This document shows, piece after piece, positions 11,698-28,289 of a DNA stretch of 64,000 nucleotides. The notes beneath the pieces are model-generated. The model had not been told where the DNA came from. It was given only the letters and a program-made list of their open reading frames with translations, and searched no databases. Numbering within the stretch: the stretch's first letter is position 1; the number at the start of each line of letters is the position of its first letter. The position numbers and the translations under genes were made by a program. Source of the DNA: the human T2T-CHM13v2.0 reference genome, Homo sapiens; the NCBI RefSeq assembly GCF_009914755.1, contig NC_060935.1. One strand, 5' to 3'.

Positions 11698-13711
11698 AAG
11701 ATAAAGTATATAAATTTGGGCATCACCAGCACAAAGACACTAGTTAAAGCCCTGTCTGGGTAAATCACCAGGAAAGTAATCACAGGAAAGAGTAGAAGTC
11801 CAATGCCCAGGCACTCCAGATTTTACAGCTCTGGCTAAATTAGGAGAAGAGTCTATAACGAAATGGTCAGTAGTGTAGAGGAAAACAGAGAATGGTGCCC
11901 TGAATATCAGGTAAAATAAATCACTGGAGAAAGAAAAAGTGATGAAGGGCTTGCTGATCAAATACCTTGAGGATTGGAAATTGACTATTGTCATAAGCAA
12001 TTTGCAGGTTATTTGTTACCTTGACAATACTGGTTTCTGTAGGGGGATGGAGATGAAATCTGATTCAAATAGTTTCACAAATAAACGTGAGGAGAGGAAA
12101 AGGAGTATAGACACTCTCTCAAGGAATTTTGCTTTATGTAACAAATTACAATGTCATCAGTAGAAACCATGCCTTTCCCTGTGGGGGAAAAAGAGAAACA
12201 ATTAAAACAGCAGCCTCTATTGATGGAGGCTTCTGGTTCTTAAGAAAAGGACAGCTCTCAAAGAAAAAACAGCAGCCATTCATACTGTAAATTCTTGGAA
12301 GACAGTGGAAACAACTAGAATAATACTTGGGAAATAATACTTTTCTTTAAAAATGAAGAATGTTATCTATCTGTAAATTTCAATTCATTCATATTGACAC
12401 CAGATAGTCTTAGAATAATTCATTCCTTTACCTTCCTGAAAAACTGTCTGCCTTTTCCTCTGAGACTTCTATGATACTTCATTTTTTCTTCTAAAATGAT
12501 GTGTGTTGTCATTGTTTTTTTTACTGTAGATGGACATTAAACTACAAGGAGATTGAGGTATTGACTGTCTTGGCCATTGTGATACACCTAATATCAGATG
12601 GTTAAGGTACAATTTTCACCTATAATGCTAACCAAATGAACAAATTAAATCAATTCATCTTCCAAATGCTTTGTATACTTCTTGCCTATATTTTTCTCTT
12701 TAGAGAATCTATGACTGTATTATGGTCTTTCTTCACAACTGGACAAGCTCACATCTCACAGCAGGGAGTCAGGTTTTGTGCCATCAGGACTTAGATATAT
12801 TTTGTGCAATTACTAAATATTTAAGTACTTAAGAGATTATTGGTCATCATTTAATTATCAGGAAGCTTCTCTCATTTTTGTTGTCATGTTTTGTTTTGTT
12901 TTGTCTTTTAATTTTTCTAAATGGGTAAGGAGAACCAATCCTAAGTAACTAATAATAATAGTAACAATGAGAAAAAGTACTCGTTGCATAATCTGAAAAA
13001 AAACTTTTTTTCTGCACATATGAAATAAGCACCATTGTCAAGATAATTGTTTCTTAACCGTCTGTCATTCAGAAACAATTACAAAATCTATGCATTGAAG
13101 TACAAATTCATAGTTAAGGTGTAATTTGTTATCTTTACTCCCAAATATGCAAATGTTTACCAGATATTAAAAACTAAGCAGCTATATGTGGTTATTAATC
13201 AGAAATGACTCTGGAAATTATAGTGGTAAAGTGATCTAAATAACTAGACCTTGATAGTTTAGAAACAATTAATTTGATAATTATAATCACTTAGTTGGAT
13301 GAATGATGTAGCACTTCAATCAGCTATCAGCAAGCAAAGATTTTGAAGGCTGAAAGAATGAGTTAGTTGGATTTTTATTAATTCAGTCATTATAAACTAT
13401 TACCAGGATGTGCTTAAAGCAAATTGTTGTTGTTGTTGTTGTCAACATATGGTTATTTCATATAATTTATTTATATAATCTATTTTATAAAATGCAACAT
13501 CTAAATATTCAACATCTGTCAGGCCATGTATTACAGGATTTGTCAACTTTTTTTCTAGATACAGAATATAAAATTTGGTTTTAGTATATACACTGCTCAG
13601 CTTTTCACAAGTCAACATTTTATCTCTCTTGATATTTAAGGTTTTTTTGCCAAGTACTATGGACTGTTGCATCCTTGAAGTACCATAATGAGACTAAATG
13701 GCTTCTCTTTA

Positions 13712-13841
13712 TTTTTATTATTATTATTATTACTATACTTTAAGTTCTAGGGTACATGTGCACAATGTGCAGGTTTGTTACATATGTATACATGTGCCAT
13801 GTTGGTGTGCTGCAGCCATTAACTCGTTATTTAGCATTAGG
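13712..13841 (-). mobile_element. Very short L1PA3/PA4 3' end with 17-bp TSD
   Basis: tatactttaagttctagggtacatgtgcacaatgtgcagg...ttagcattagg; perfect TSD taaatggcttctcttta at 13695-13711 and 13842-13858. Confidence 0.95.
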
Positions 13842-15199
13842 TAAATGGCTTCTCTTTAGCGTTCTCCTATAAGTCATCTGAATGAGAATGGATCAATGTT
13901 GAGACAGTCATACTTTCCCTTTGAATGCTTAGGCTTAATTCTCTAAAAACTTGTATCCGTTTAAAGCAAGGTTAGAATCAAGCCCCTATAACACCAAGAT
14001 GAGGTTAAAATAACTACTGTAAGTATTTAAATGTTTCCTTCCAGAAACAGAGGGCAAGAGCCCCCCTTCATGCCCTTCAGAGAGACTGATTAACAAAGAT
14101 AAATCATTGGCTTTGCTAATATTGGATTTCAATTTATTAAATAAACAGTATCACAGTCAGAGGCTTTCACAAGAAAATGTACAGGGCAATAGGAAAAAGT
14201 GAGTCAGTTGATCTGACCCATGCAAGTTTATGAAATATGTGACTATATGAAATAAATAAAAATGAAAAAGTAAAATATAAAACGTGTGTAGGCTTAGTGA
14301 TGGGGGGTTACTAATACCAATTATTAGATAAATTTTTCCAAATAATTGTTTTTCTGAAGTTGAACATATCTATGCAATTGTTTTCTCTCAATTTTCATAG
14401 AACAAATTGATATTGTATGATCTTAATTTTTTCAAGGAACAAAAAATTGAAGTTGAAGAAAATATTTTCTTCTTACAAAGGATATTGCTTTACCATTGAA
14501 GTAGAGAGATGCCTGACTTCTAGATATTTTATGCTTGACCAAGTCCTTTAAATGAAATGAAAAGATTAAAAAACAGGAATATTATAAATCAGCCTTTTAT
14601 TGAAATCAAACCCATGGTCAAACAAATGTTCAATAAAATTAAAATATACCTAGAGCCCAGAGATGTAGGTGAGGAGCAAATTTCAATCTATGATGCACTT
14701 GTTCTTGTACTCAAATTTTAATAATTCCCTTTATACATTAGCTTCAAAGGCTAGGGAATAAATTGTATACCCATTTCAAAATTGGGACTAAATTGGGAAG
14801 TCAGTAAGGCAGACTAAATGTGAAATTAACCTCTTCAAAAATAAGTTGGTGACTAACCCCAAGGGGAATAATGCCCACTTTTTATTCAATATATCCTAAA
14901 TGGGACTGGAGAGAGAAAGTTAAGGAGAATTACAGATGTCAAGAGACCTTGAATTGGGTAGTAAACATGATGGAAAATGTGATCAAATTTTAGTCCAGCT
15001 TAGTGTGTCAGAATTTGGACTAGATTTTCTATAGGATCTCTATGCATGAGCAAATGAATGATAGAATCAATGGTTTATGCCGGTGTATAGACCTAAACTT
15101 TCCTTATCAACAACACATCTGCAAGACCGATGTGTAACAAAGTCTATGGTTCAGACTGTAGACTGCAGAATATTTTTTTTTCAAAATCTGTTTCTTTAC

Positions 15200-15330
15200 G
15201 TTAACTATTTGGGTTTATGTCTTAACATCTCTGAGCTTCACTTCCTTAATAATAATACCTACCTTACAATGTTGTGAGGATTGAGAAAAATGTATGGAAA
15301 TCACCTCACATAATGCTTGGCATATATTAA
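15200..15330 (+). mobile_element. MIR fragment
   Basis: cttaacatctctgagcttcacttcctt...aataatacctacc...gttgtgaggattgag. Confidence 0.7.
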
Positions 15331-15793
15331 ATCCACAGTCCAAATGCCTATTATTCTTATCACAAGGAGAGAAGGAGGGGCTATACTAAAAACAATTTCA
15401 GAGCAAAGGATTGAAGTAGCTTGCCGGTCACCGAGGTGGTGAGGAGTGTTCAGCAAACACCATGTTGCTGCACAGACTGGAGATCTTGTGATACACATTA
15501 TCCATTTTGGTCTTGCAATCCATCAACCTTACAGTTTACAGTATACTGCAGAGATTACAGTATCCTCAGCAGAAAAATAATAACTACTAGTGAATGGAGT
15601 AATGAAATCAGTTCTACTCTACAATGAAAGGCATGAGTATCTCATCCAATTATAAACCTTACTTGTACACATAGATAAGATGCAGACATGGATAGTAACC
15701 ATTCTGAGCCCAGGACTGTACCATATGTAAACAAAAATAATATAGTACCAGAATTCTAAATACTGCAGAATATAAAAGAGATATATAAAAGTA

Positions 15794-15928
15794 CAGAAGG
15801 TACTGACTTACTATGGCTTGACTTATGAGCTTTTCAATTTAAAAGTGGCTTTATTAATGACTTACAATGTTTTTGACTTATGTTGGGTTCATTGGGATGT
15901 AACTCCTTAGTAAGTCAAGGAGAATCTG
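15794..15928. mobile_element. MER47/Tigger5-type short MITE
   Basis: Degenerate TIRs cagaaggtactgacttac... and ...gtaagtcaaggagaatctg, preceded by TA; internal gactta repeats. Confidence 0.7.
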
Positions 15929-17377
15929 TTCAAGATTCTTAAAAGTAAATTGAAAATGTGCTCTAAACAATGTGGAATATTTAAAATGTTATTTTAGACT
16001 TATAACCTTACCATGTCAGATTTTAAAAAGAAATTCAAAATGTATATTGATTTAAAATTAGTTATGAGAATATAAAGATAGGTATATAAAGAAATTGTTT
16101 CTAAGATTGGAAATTTCTAATATTTATTTGCAAACCCACATTTCTATATTATTAAATTTGAGGTAATAGATACACTGCTGGTGTTACTGTAATCATAGTG
16201 TTCTTCAAGGAAGCATTAAAAACTCAGTCTAATACTTTATAGTGCATATTACTTTTTAAGAGTTCAAATATCCTCATTAATGCAAATTCAGAAGTTCTGG
16301 TTGGTGTCTATTTTATACTAATTTTTCTTTTTACAACTAAATGAGTTCAAAAGTAACAAGGAACACCAAGTAAATGCAGTTTTCCTACTGAAATGCCTTG
16401 GCTCTTATATGGTCCTTTGTGCTAAAAGGTTAGAAAAGGTAGTATTTTAGCTTTTTATGTTTTAAGCATTAATTGCTACTTCCCATGCACTGTAACACTC
16501 TTAACTAGGTTCTGTAATTTATTTTTAAAGAATTTATTTTGAGAATAGATCTGTAAGTTACATACCATGGGGACCAATGTTGCCTTCTGCCAATTTGTTA
16601 GAAGACTAAATTCTGGGTAATTTCATTCTGTGATGGTAAATTATAATACAATAGAGGACAGTAAAACTAATTTTTAAAAAACTTCATGTTTTCTACTGGT
16701 TCATGTTTCAATTTTAACAAGGAAAAAAAGCATGAATACCACACCCACTGATGATATGAAAAGTCCTTTAGTTAAGGACTTTTATAGCATAGAGTTAAAC
16801 AACAATGACAGATTTGAACCATGTAATAAACACTGCTTAGGGCTAAAAATGCAATCATGCGGAAACTAGAAGTTAGAGATGCTAGGAGCAAGAAGATAAT
16901 ATCTAAGGTCAATTGTATCATCTAATCAAAGTTTGTATTACAATAAAATAATTGTGTTCTTATTTTTAAATCAAATATAAGAAGCAACACTGGCCTCTAT
17001 TTCACGCTATAAGAAATTGCATTTTATGTGTAAATTTGAAATTATCAACATAAAATCTGTTTTCCTGACTTAGTTGAAAGTATGTTTCTAAACGCTTTAC
17101 TGTACCTTTGTGTCAGATTCAAAATAAAATTGAGAATTGATTTTCCCCAAATCTTTTGTTGAACAAGCAGGTGGGGTTGTGGTAAAGGAGGTAAGAAAAT
17201 AAACACAAATTATCCAAAAGCAGGTGCCAAGCCACAAACTCCAGCAAAAATAATTGATAGAGTTTTACTTAGAGAAAATGATGTATTAAAAGTTGTTTAC
17301 AAATCATTTTATATTTTCAAGTAAATTTCACATATTTTCCAGAGTCTTCTATTTTAAGTGCATGTTCTTTCTACTCT

Positions 17378-18916
<1,539 letters not shown>

Positions 18917-19124
18917 GGCTCTAGAGATTGGGACAAGAAAAACAAAAACGTTTTTAGGAAGTTCTCATCTTCCAATGTTCCACATGCTTTAGTCATCTCA
19001 CCCATGCTTAGAAATTCAAAAGGAATTTACGTTGATTCTGTGGTTCACTATGGGTATTATGTACATTTTAACAATATTAAATTATTCTAACCTATTGTAT
19101 CAGATGCCCCAGAGAGAACATAAG

Positions 19125-19430
19125 ATGAACTTATACAAAATAAGTAAGGTCCAGAAATCTGTTGTACAACATAGTGCTTACAGTTAGTGATAAGGTATTG
19201 TGTAGTTAAACATTTAAGAGGGTGGATTTTATGTTGTGTTCTTACCATAAAAGAAGAACAAAAGAACACAGGAAAACTTTTGGAGGTGCTAGATATGTTT
19301 ATTAGCTGAATTGTAGAGATGGTGACATGACTATATACATATATTTTGAACACATATATGTATATACAATTGTATACCTTATTATGTGCAATTTTATATA
19401 CTAAGTATACATCAGTAAAACTGGAAAAAA
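19125..19430 (+). mobile_element. L1MB-type 3' end
   Basis: gaaatctgttgtacaacatagtgcttacagt...aagagggtggattttatgttgtgttcttacca...aaacttttggaggtgctagatatgtttat. Confidence 0.75.
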
Positions 19431-19807
19431 AACCTTTAGCTTTTGGAGGAAAAAAGAAAGAAAATTAGAAAGAATGAGGACTTCTCAATAGCTTGAACTG
19501 AGCTCCCACAATTCTCATTTTCCATCTTCTCTAGTTTTCCTAAGTTGAAATTGTCCTATTCTTCTTGCTGCTTCTCTGAGTATTATCTTTATTCCTAACT
19601 CCTAAATTACTCTAATTAGAAAAATAAATTATAACTATGTTGTCTAGAAATCCTAAATAGCAATGTGCCATCATTTTTGCAATGTAAATGGTGTGGGTTT
19701 TTTGGTTATCATTTATGAAATCCTTTGCCAACCCCTATAATACAAATATTTCTCTGGATTTTCCTTTTGCATCTTTACAGGTATGTTTTGACATATTCAG
19801 TTTTTTA

Positions 19808-19927
19808 ATACATAACTTACCATCTAAATCTTGGCACCTTTCATAGCACAAGGGAGTGCTATAATAATTACTTAGGGTAACCGCTGTAAATGGGATTGAC
19901 CTGAGTAAAGTGAAGAGTGGGCACTCC
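19808..19927. mobile_element. MER81/MER94-like hAT-Blackjack MITE
   Basis: ggcacctttcatagcacaagggagtgctataataattac...gtaaatgggattgacctgagtaaa resembles the Blackjack MITE body. Confidence 0.55.
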
Positions 19928-20046
19928 ATTTTTATTTCACCTGGATTTGATAATTGCCTGTGGTATAAAAAAGGAATTAAAATCATCTATTCCACATGGA
20001 TAGCCAATTCTTCCAACATTTCTTTAAAATATCTTTTCTCTTTCCA

Positions 20047-20463
<417 letters not shown>

Positions 20464-21339
20464 TTAATTACCATACCTTTAAACATAATCTTTATTTGAT
20501 AGAAGATTCTCTCAACTTCTTTTTTTCAAAATTTTCTTAACTAATCTTAATCCTTTTCTCTTCTATGTAAAGTTTAGACCAGCTGGTCAAATCACACAAA
20601 CACAATCACACACATACACACACACACATGCATGTGTGAACATATCTTTAATGGGATTTGGGATTTGCTTGGAATTGCCTGAATGTGTAACAAATACAAG
20701 AAGAGTCAGTATTCAGGATATAAGATATTTCTTCCTTCCTGTAGGAAATAGCTAAAAAAAGAGATATAAAGTATTTCTATCCAGGAATCTGATGTATCGC
20801 TATTTATTTAGATTTTATTAGATGATTTTCAATAATTTTTATGAATATCTCCATAATGATCATGCACATCTTTTGCTACATTTAGATCTAGTTACTCAGG
20901 TTATTTTATTTTTAATCATTCATTTTTATAGATTATATATCATATAAATTAATTTCTAAATTTTGGTTTCTAATATTTAGGGGAAAAATTGAATTCAACA
21001 TATTCATTTGTCATTTTCTGAATTCATAAAGCATTTGTTTACCTTATGGAGTTGTGAGTGTTCTTTATATATTCTGTGTATAAGTCTTTTCTCAGATTTA
21101 TGTTTCACAAATATCTTCTTCCAGTCTGTGTCTTATCTTTTTATTTCCTTAACAGTATCTTTCAGAGTATAAGTTTTTACTTTTATTAAATACATATTTT
21201 TTATTTATTTAAGAATATTTTTTCTTGTATGTATAATGCTTTTTGTGTTTGAAAAATATTCACCTATCCCAAAGTCACAAGCAATTTTTTCTTATATTAG
21301 GTCTATGATTCACTCAGATTTCATTTTGACTAAAATAAT

Positions 21340-21560
21340 ATCATTGAATACATGGCATTCAGACACCACTTCTTCCATTTTTTAACTATTTGACTTTCGG
21401 AGAGTTACTCAAAACTTTCTAAACACAAGTTTCATCATTTGTAACATGAGGATAACATAGCACAATCTCCTAAGACTGTTATAACGATAAAATGAGATAA
21501 TGCTGTGACATTGTTAGCCCATCACCAAAAACTCAGTAAGTGCTCATTAACCAGTTGCTG
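21340..21560 (+). mobile_element. MIR
   Basis: tgactttcggagagttac...agtttcatcatttgtaacatgaggataac...aaatgagataatgc...agtaagtgctca. Confidence 0.7.
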
Positions 21561-22047
21561 CATGCTTAACTTGTTCATGAGTTTGTAGAACATAATAAAT
21601 ATTCCAAACATACTAAACATTAAAGCTAAATGTATGCTAATATCTCTTGCATGAAACTTAACTCATGTTGTTAATTACTTCCAAAATATATATATCCTGT
21701 ATTTTAATATTAATTCCTATAAAAAGTCTTTTTAAAAGAAGCATCTCTGCACTGACAATTTTAAATGGAATATTCTATAAAAATTCATTTTTAGGTCAAT
21801 ATATTTATTTGACTATGACTTTGCTAGAGTTAGTGATATCATATCAGGTTAATGGGAAAAATAATAAGTACTATGGGGTAAGCAAGTCTGAGGAGAAATG
21901 CACTTTAGACACATTGAACTGTATTATGCTTATGTCATGAAAGCTGCTAAAAATACAGTATGTACATCCAAGGTAATAGGAAGGCCTCTAAGACGTGGGC
22001 TTTAGGAACTGCTAAGCAGTTAAAAATAAATCATAACAGTGTTGTAC

Positions 22048-22366
22048 TTTTTTTTTAGACAAGGTCTCTTTTGCCCAGGCTGGAGTGCAGTGACTGGCAT
22101 GCTCATAGCTCACTACAACCACAAACTCTAGGCTCAAGCAATCCTCTCACCCCCACAGTAGCTGGGACTACAGACACACACTATCACGCCCTGCTAAATG
22201 TTTTGTTTGGTTTTGGTTTGGGGGTTTTTGTTTGTTTCTTTGGTTTTTAGTAGGGTCCAGGCCTTGGTATGTTGCCGAGGCTGACCTGGAAGTTCTAGGC
22301 TCAGGTAATTCTCCCACCTCTGCCCCAGAAAGTGCTGGGGTAAAAGAGTCATTCTACCAGACTGAT
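22048..22366 (-). mobile_element. AluJo, diverged
   Basis: catagctcactacaacc...aggctcaagcaatcct; TSD gtgttgtactt at 22039-22049 and 22368-22378. Confidence 0.88.
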
Positions 22367-23169
22367 GGTGTTGTACTTACATTCTCCCTCTTATGTTCAT
22401 GTCACAGACACTTGCGCTATTGGTAGTCCATCAGGGGAGATAGCAAAGGAATTGAAACATTTGAATCACACAGTGTTTAATATTTAAATAAATATTTTAC
22501 TCCATTCCCTAAATATTTATTATAAAGAGCAAACGCTCCAAAACAACCTAAATTGCCTATTATTTATCACGAATTCTGCTATTAGCCTAGAAGATGATCT
22601 ACAGATGCATGAATTGGTTCTATTGGTAGGAAATAGGCCTTTTCCACTACAATTTCCTGTAGCCCCAAGCAGAAAGCACCAATTTGTGATTTTTCTAATA
22701 CTCTCTGAATACTACTTACTAAAGATGCATGTTGGTTGAGGTAAATTCTGAGCACTAAGCTTTCTGAAATCCTAAATTTCAGAAGTTTAAGAAGATGAAG
22801 ATTGCTGATGAAACTACATGAGGTAGAAACTATATTCATCATTCTAAACTTTTGAAATCCTCATCATCCTAAACTTCTGAAATTACCCCTGTGGGCCAGG
22901 CTGGCTTTTATTAAGGAGGTAGAGTCTAAAGTCACAGAAAACATAGTTACAAAAAGCTGATTCTGACTATCCCTTTTAAATCCTTCCCAGAGTCCACACT
23001 ATTCCCTCACACAGATAAAGATCCTGCTCTATCTGTTCCCTCTACTTTTCATGTAATTTACTTCACTCTGAAAATGCACAATTCTCATTATGGCTAAGAT
23101 TCAGAAGCAGGTGTGGGTGGGGAAATAAGTGTATAAATTTAAGGCAAATGACGCATATTATGTTTGTCT

Positions 23170-23330
23170 CAAATCCCTGCTTTGACATGAGAATTTTGGC
23201 AAGTTGTTTAAATTCTGAGTCTCTGTATCCTTAAATGCAGAATCAGAATAGTTCTTACCTCATCAAATTATTCCAAAGATTAAATTAGATCAAGTATATA
23301 AGGTGGCCTACACACCACTGGCAACATAAA
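23170..23330 (+). mobile_element. MIR
   Basis: ttggcaagttgtttaaattctgagtctctgtatcc...cttacctcat...aagattaaattagat. Confidence 0.6.
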
Positions 23331-24389
23331 GCAATTTGCCTGATACACTTAAAAACAAACTGTGCATCTTCTATAACTCAGCTACATCTAACTTCCTCGT
23401 GCTCACCTTCTGCTGCTTCTGACTAACAAAATATCCTGTGTATCTTTAAGACGGCGTTCATGGTTGTGTGTTTATGGATTGTACACTGAGTTTCCATTTG
23501 GCTTCTTAATATAAATGCCTGATAAAATTTCTTTAAATACAATTACCTAATTGATTAAAAATAATTCTGAAACTTATCTTGGTGCAGCAGGAGGTGCTGG
23601 GATGTATTCATTTTTAAATTAAACTTTGAGAAGGTGTTTATCATTTCCAGAGACAAGCGGATAAAGGAGAATATTCAACTTTTGTTGACAACTCATCTTT
23701 TTGAAATGTTGACACAATTACTTGAAACCAACCCCCAATTCCCCCCATAAAGATGTATACATTGCTGTACTTATGTACACTAAGAGCTAACCCCGAGCAA
23801 TTTAAAGAAGTTTCTAAGAAATTCTGAGTAAACTACAGATTGAAGTGACACAAAGCCTCCTGTCCTTCCAAATCCCTATATTAGTGAAAACAAGCATCCA
23901 AAGCTAGTAACAAAGATGCCAATTAAAAGAGGTATCTGTTACTAGAACAAAGAGTGATTTTCATTTTGTCCATAGTATGTGTAAGGAAAATATATTTTGC
24001 CTCTCTTCCTCAATACCACTGTTCAAAGAGAAAGACCTTCTTCTAACAAAAACTGCTTTTAATGTAAAATGTTACATGTGCCTAGAGCAAATTAACACAC
24101 ATTTCCTGGAGTGTAATGAGGTACATCACCAGCCGCAATATAAACAGATAAGTAAATTATTTTGAGGACGATGAGGCAATTGAAAAGCTTTGAGTGAGGT
24201 TAACATGTTTCACATTTTCCCTGATTCCCCCACTAAATCTTAAAAGTTGGGGCAGCAGACTACTTAAAAAAGAATCGTAAGAAAAGATCCCCATCCATAT
24301 TTTTTTAATAGCATTTATGTATGAAGCACATTCAACTTTCAGCTCCCTCCAGAAAAAATTATTTATCTCCACATCCTTAATCACTTCCT

Positions 24390-25270
24390 GTTTCTAGCCA
24401 CAAAGGTTGAGAAAACCTATCCTATTTGAGGCCAACTCCTTCATTAATGCCTTTGATTTCATCTGCCTTCTTCTAGAATCTTTTTCCAATAAAAATCCTC
24501 TTCTCTCTTTCGTCTTTAATATCTTCCTCTGTATCGACTCCTTTCTCCCAGACTATATATATGCTCAGTTCTGTCCCATTCTTAAAAGGAATTCATGTTG
24601 TTAAAGCTCCAGTTCTCTCCTTTTTTTCTTCCCATCTAGTCAAACTTCTTTAAAGAAAGGACTGTAATCAGCGTCTCTGGTTTCTCATTTCTCTTTTATA
24701 TTTCAGTGCAAAACAGACAGGTTCTAAACCCCACCTGCCTTGCTGAACTTGTTTCCAAGAGGGCGACCAGTGGTCTCAGTGTAGCCAAACCCAATGTGTT
24801 GGTACCAGGAAACTTCATCTTGTGTTCTCTCTGGGGCATCTGATATTATGACTCTTCCTCTTCACCACATTGACATTTGAGCTTCTCAGACATTTCACAA
24901 TGTAAATTTATTTGCAGCCATCTCAAAATCAACACTTTCAAATCTGAACCTATCACCTTTCCTCAAACCTGTCCTATCTCCTGTATTTCACAACACCATA
25001 AAAGATACCACCATCCCATCCTGCAAACATCAAAGTTAGAAACGTCACAGCAGTCCTGGGCTTCTTTTCATGATACTCTTCATCTGAGTACCAAATGATC
25101 ACATGACGTATTTGGTATTCATTGTATTCTGTAAAATTTTCTGAACTTTTCCCCGTTTCTGTTTTACTATTCTCAGGCCTTAATCATATTTTATTTCTAA
25201 TTGTGTTCTCTCAAAACAACCTTAACCACAGTCTGCACTCTGCTGCTAGATTGATCCACATGAACTGCCA
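24390..25270 (+). mobile_element. L2 internal fragment(s)
   Basis: atatgctcagttctgtcccattcttaaaa; gtagccaaacccaatg; catctcaaaatcaacactttcaaatctgaac...cctcaaacctg. Confidence 0.65.
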
Positions 25271-25343
25271 CACGCCAAAATCTTCAGTGGGTCAGGAGGA
25301 GGTTCATATTCCTTGGAAATATACCACTTGAAAATACAGCATT

Positions 25344-25650
<307 letters not shown>

Positions 25651-26584
25651 TACAGCATTACAGCTGACTTACAAACGTTATCTAATTTCCGTTTTCAATT
25701 TTTCTTCAAACGCCATGAGTCGTTGAAAAAGTATCTTTTAGTAACTTCTAGATATTTTGTAACTTTTTAGTTGCTTATAACTGGATTTAACTTAATTGTA
25801 TTTAATGTGTAATTATTTGCATGCATATATATGCAATTATATGCACACATATAGGCATATATGTTATATATCCTTATCCTTATATCTAACTGTGGATTTT
25901 AATTTAATTGCACTTTATTCGGAGAATGAAGTTTGCATTATTCAAATTTTTGAAATATTTTAGGGTAATTTTTACATCAGAATGTGAACAATTTTGATCT
26001 AGATTAGTGTGCCATGGCTATTTTCCAATGGCTGGGTTTAATATTATATTATTATATTTATGTTCATAGCATATGAACATTTTTCCTTGTTTTATATGTA
26101 TGGAGGCTATGTAATTATAATTAGTAGAATACAGTTCAGAATTTTTATACATATATTTGCTCAGTTTAGCTTTTTATCATTTTATTTATGGTAGTGCTTT
26201 TTGCCTTATTGTCCATCTTTCTGATATTAATCCATTCATACCATCTTTCTTTAAGCTGCATTTTACCTAATATATTTTTCCTACCCTTTGACTTTCAATC
26301 CTTCTTTTTCTTTATATATTCATATATATATGAAAATACCATATGACTACATTTTCTCAATATGTAAGAGGTGAAAATCTGTCTTTTTTTTAGAGACTGT
26401 ATGTACATTAAGTGTGAGTTTATGCCTTTCTTCTTATTTTGCGCTTTCCACTTTTCCCCTTTTTCCAATTTGATTCTCTTTCTTTTCTTACTTTCTTGCC
26501 TTCTTTGGCAAGTATTGCATTTGTAATTTTATTTTCTCATTCTTTTTCCCTCTACTTGTTGATAAATGACATGCTTTATGTATC

Positions 26585-27190
26585 ATTTTATTGAGGCATA
26601 TTTACATACATTGAATAGCACAGATTTTAAGTGTATAATTTCATTATTTTGAAAATATACCTGCATAATCTATAATCCATCAATAAATAGAACATTTCCA
26701 GAAAGATCTCTTGTGCCCTTTTCAGTCAGTGCCAATCACCATTTAATGAAACATCTCTCATCTGACTGCTATCAGAACAAGTTAGTTTTATCTGTAAAAG
26801 AGCTTTATATAGGTCAAGTCTACAGTATATTCTCTTTTATATTGGTCTTCTTTCACTCAACATAATGTTTTCAAAATTCACTCATGTTGTGTATATCAGT
26901 TATTTGTTACTTAAATTCATGGGTAGTATTCCATTGTAGGAATGTACTTTAGTGCTTGATTTTTGTTTTTGTTTTATTAAAAGACATTTTCCTATTCATG
27001 GCCATCAGGATTATTTCCAGTTTGGGGCTATTACGAACAAAACTGCTATAAACAGGTTAAATGCTCTTTCTTTCAAATCCAAGATTTTTATTTCTTTTAG
27101 ATAAATATCTAGTAATAAAGTTATTGGGTCATAGGGTAGATGTATATTTAACCGTTTAAGAAAATGTCAATAATCCTCCAACGTGGCTGA
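26585..27190 (-). mobile_element. L1ME1/2-type 3' end
   Basis: tttattgaggcatatttacatac...gcacagattttaagtgtata...tttccagtttggggctattacgaacaaaactgctataaac. Confidence 0.75.
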
Positions 27191-27554
27191 ATTCCTATTT
27201 AAAATGCATTCTTAACTTAAATTCAAAGGAGAGTCAATATATTTTACTGTCCTCTCCAACGAAACAAGAGTCATAAAATGCATTAACTATGATCACTCTT
27301 CTATCAATGTATAAGCTTTTCTAGTTCAGCATTTTGTTTTTATTCTTTTCCTCCTTACAAACGTAGGAATTATTATTGTTTTACACAATGTTGTTTCAAA
27401 GTTACCCACGTATTTGCCAGTATCTTTGTCCAACCTTCATTCTGGTATTGACCACAAATCTCTCTGAGACTAATTCCTACCTTAGAATGTCATTCTGTAT
27501 CTGCTTGTTCCCTAATTCTTAAAAGATAACGTTTCTGGATATTGAACTCTCTTT

Positions 27555-27695
27555 TTCCAACTTTGTTTAGGTATACTTGACAAACAGATATTGCATATAT
27601 TTAAAATGTACAACATAATGTTTTCATATGTGTATACATTGTGAAATGATTGCCACAACCAAGCTAATTAACATATCCATCACTCACACAATTAC

Positions 27696-27742
<47 letters not shown>

Positions 27743-27810
27743 GAGTACATTTAGGATCTATTCTGCTAGCAAATTTTAAGTACACAGCACAGTATTCTTA
27801 ACTATAATTA
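27555..27810 (-). mobile_element. L1MA9-like 3' end
   Basis: catatatttaaaatgtacaacataatg...atacattgtgaaatgattgccacaaccaagctaattaacatatccatcac. Confidence 0.75.
27699..27738. repeat. (TG)20 microsatellite
   Basis: Perfect dinucleotide run. Confidence 0.97.
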
Positions 27811-27947
27811 CTTTCTCTCAGAATTTCTAAGATATTTCACTCTTCCAGTTACTACTGGTATTATTAAGGAGCAATTATGAAACTAATTGTGATGAGATTG
27901 GAGGTGATTTCTGTTTTCTCTCTGGATACTTTTAAGATAACTATCTC

Positions 27948-28289
<342 letters not shown>

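Larger units (their letters stand above)
10210..12135 (-). mobile_element. L2a, interrupted by FLAM and an MLT1 LTR
   Basis: 3' end ttactgagcacatctatatgccag; gcattccagacatagggaacagcaatgcaaagatcctgagg; resumes at 11060-11310 and 11700-12135. Confidence 0.8.
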
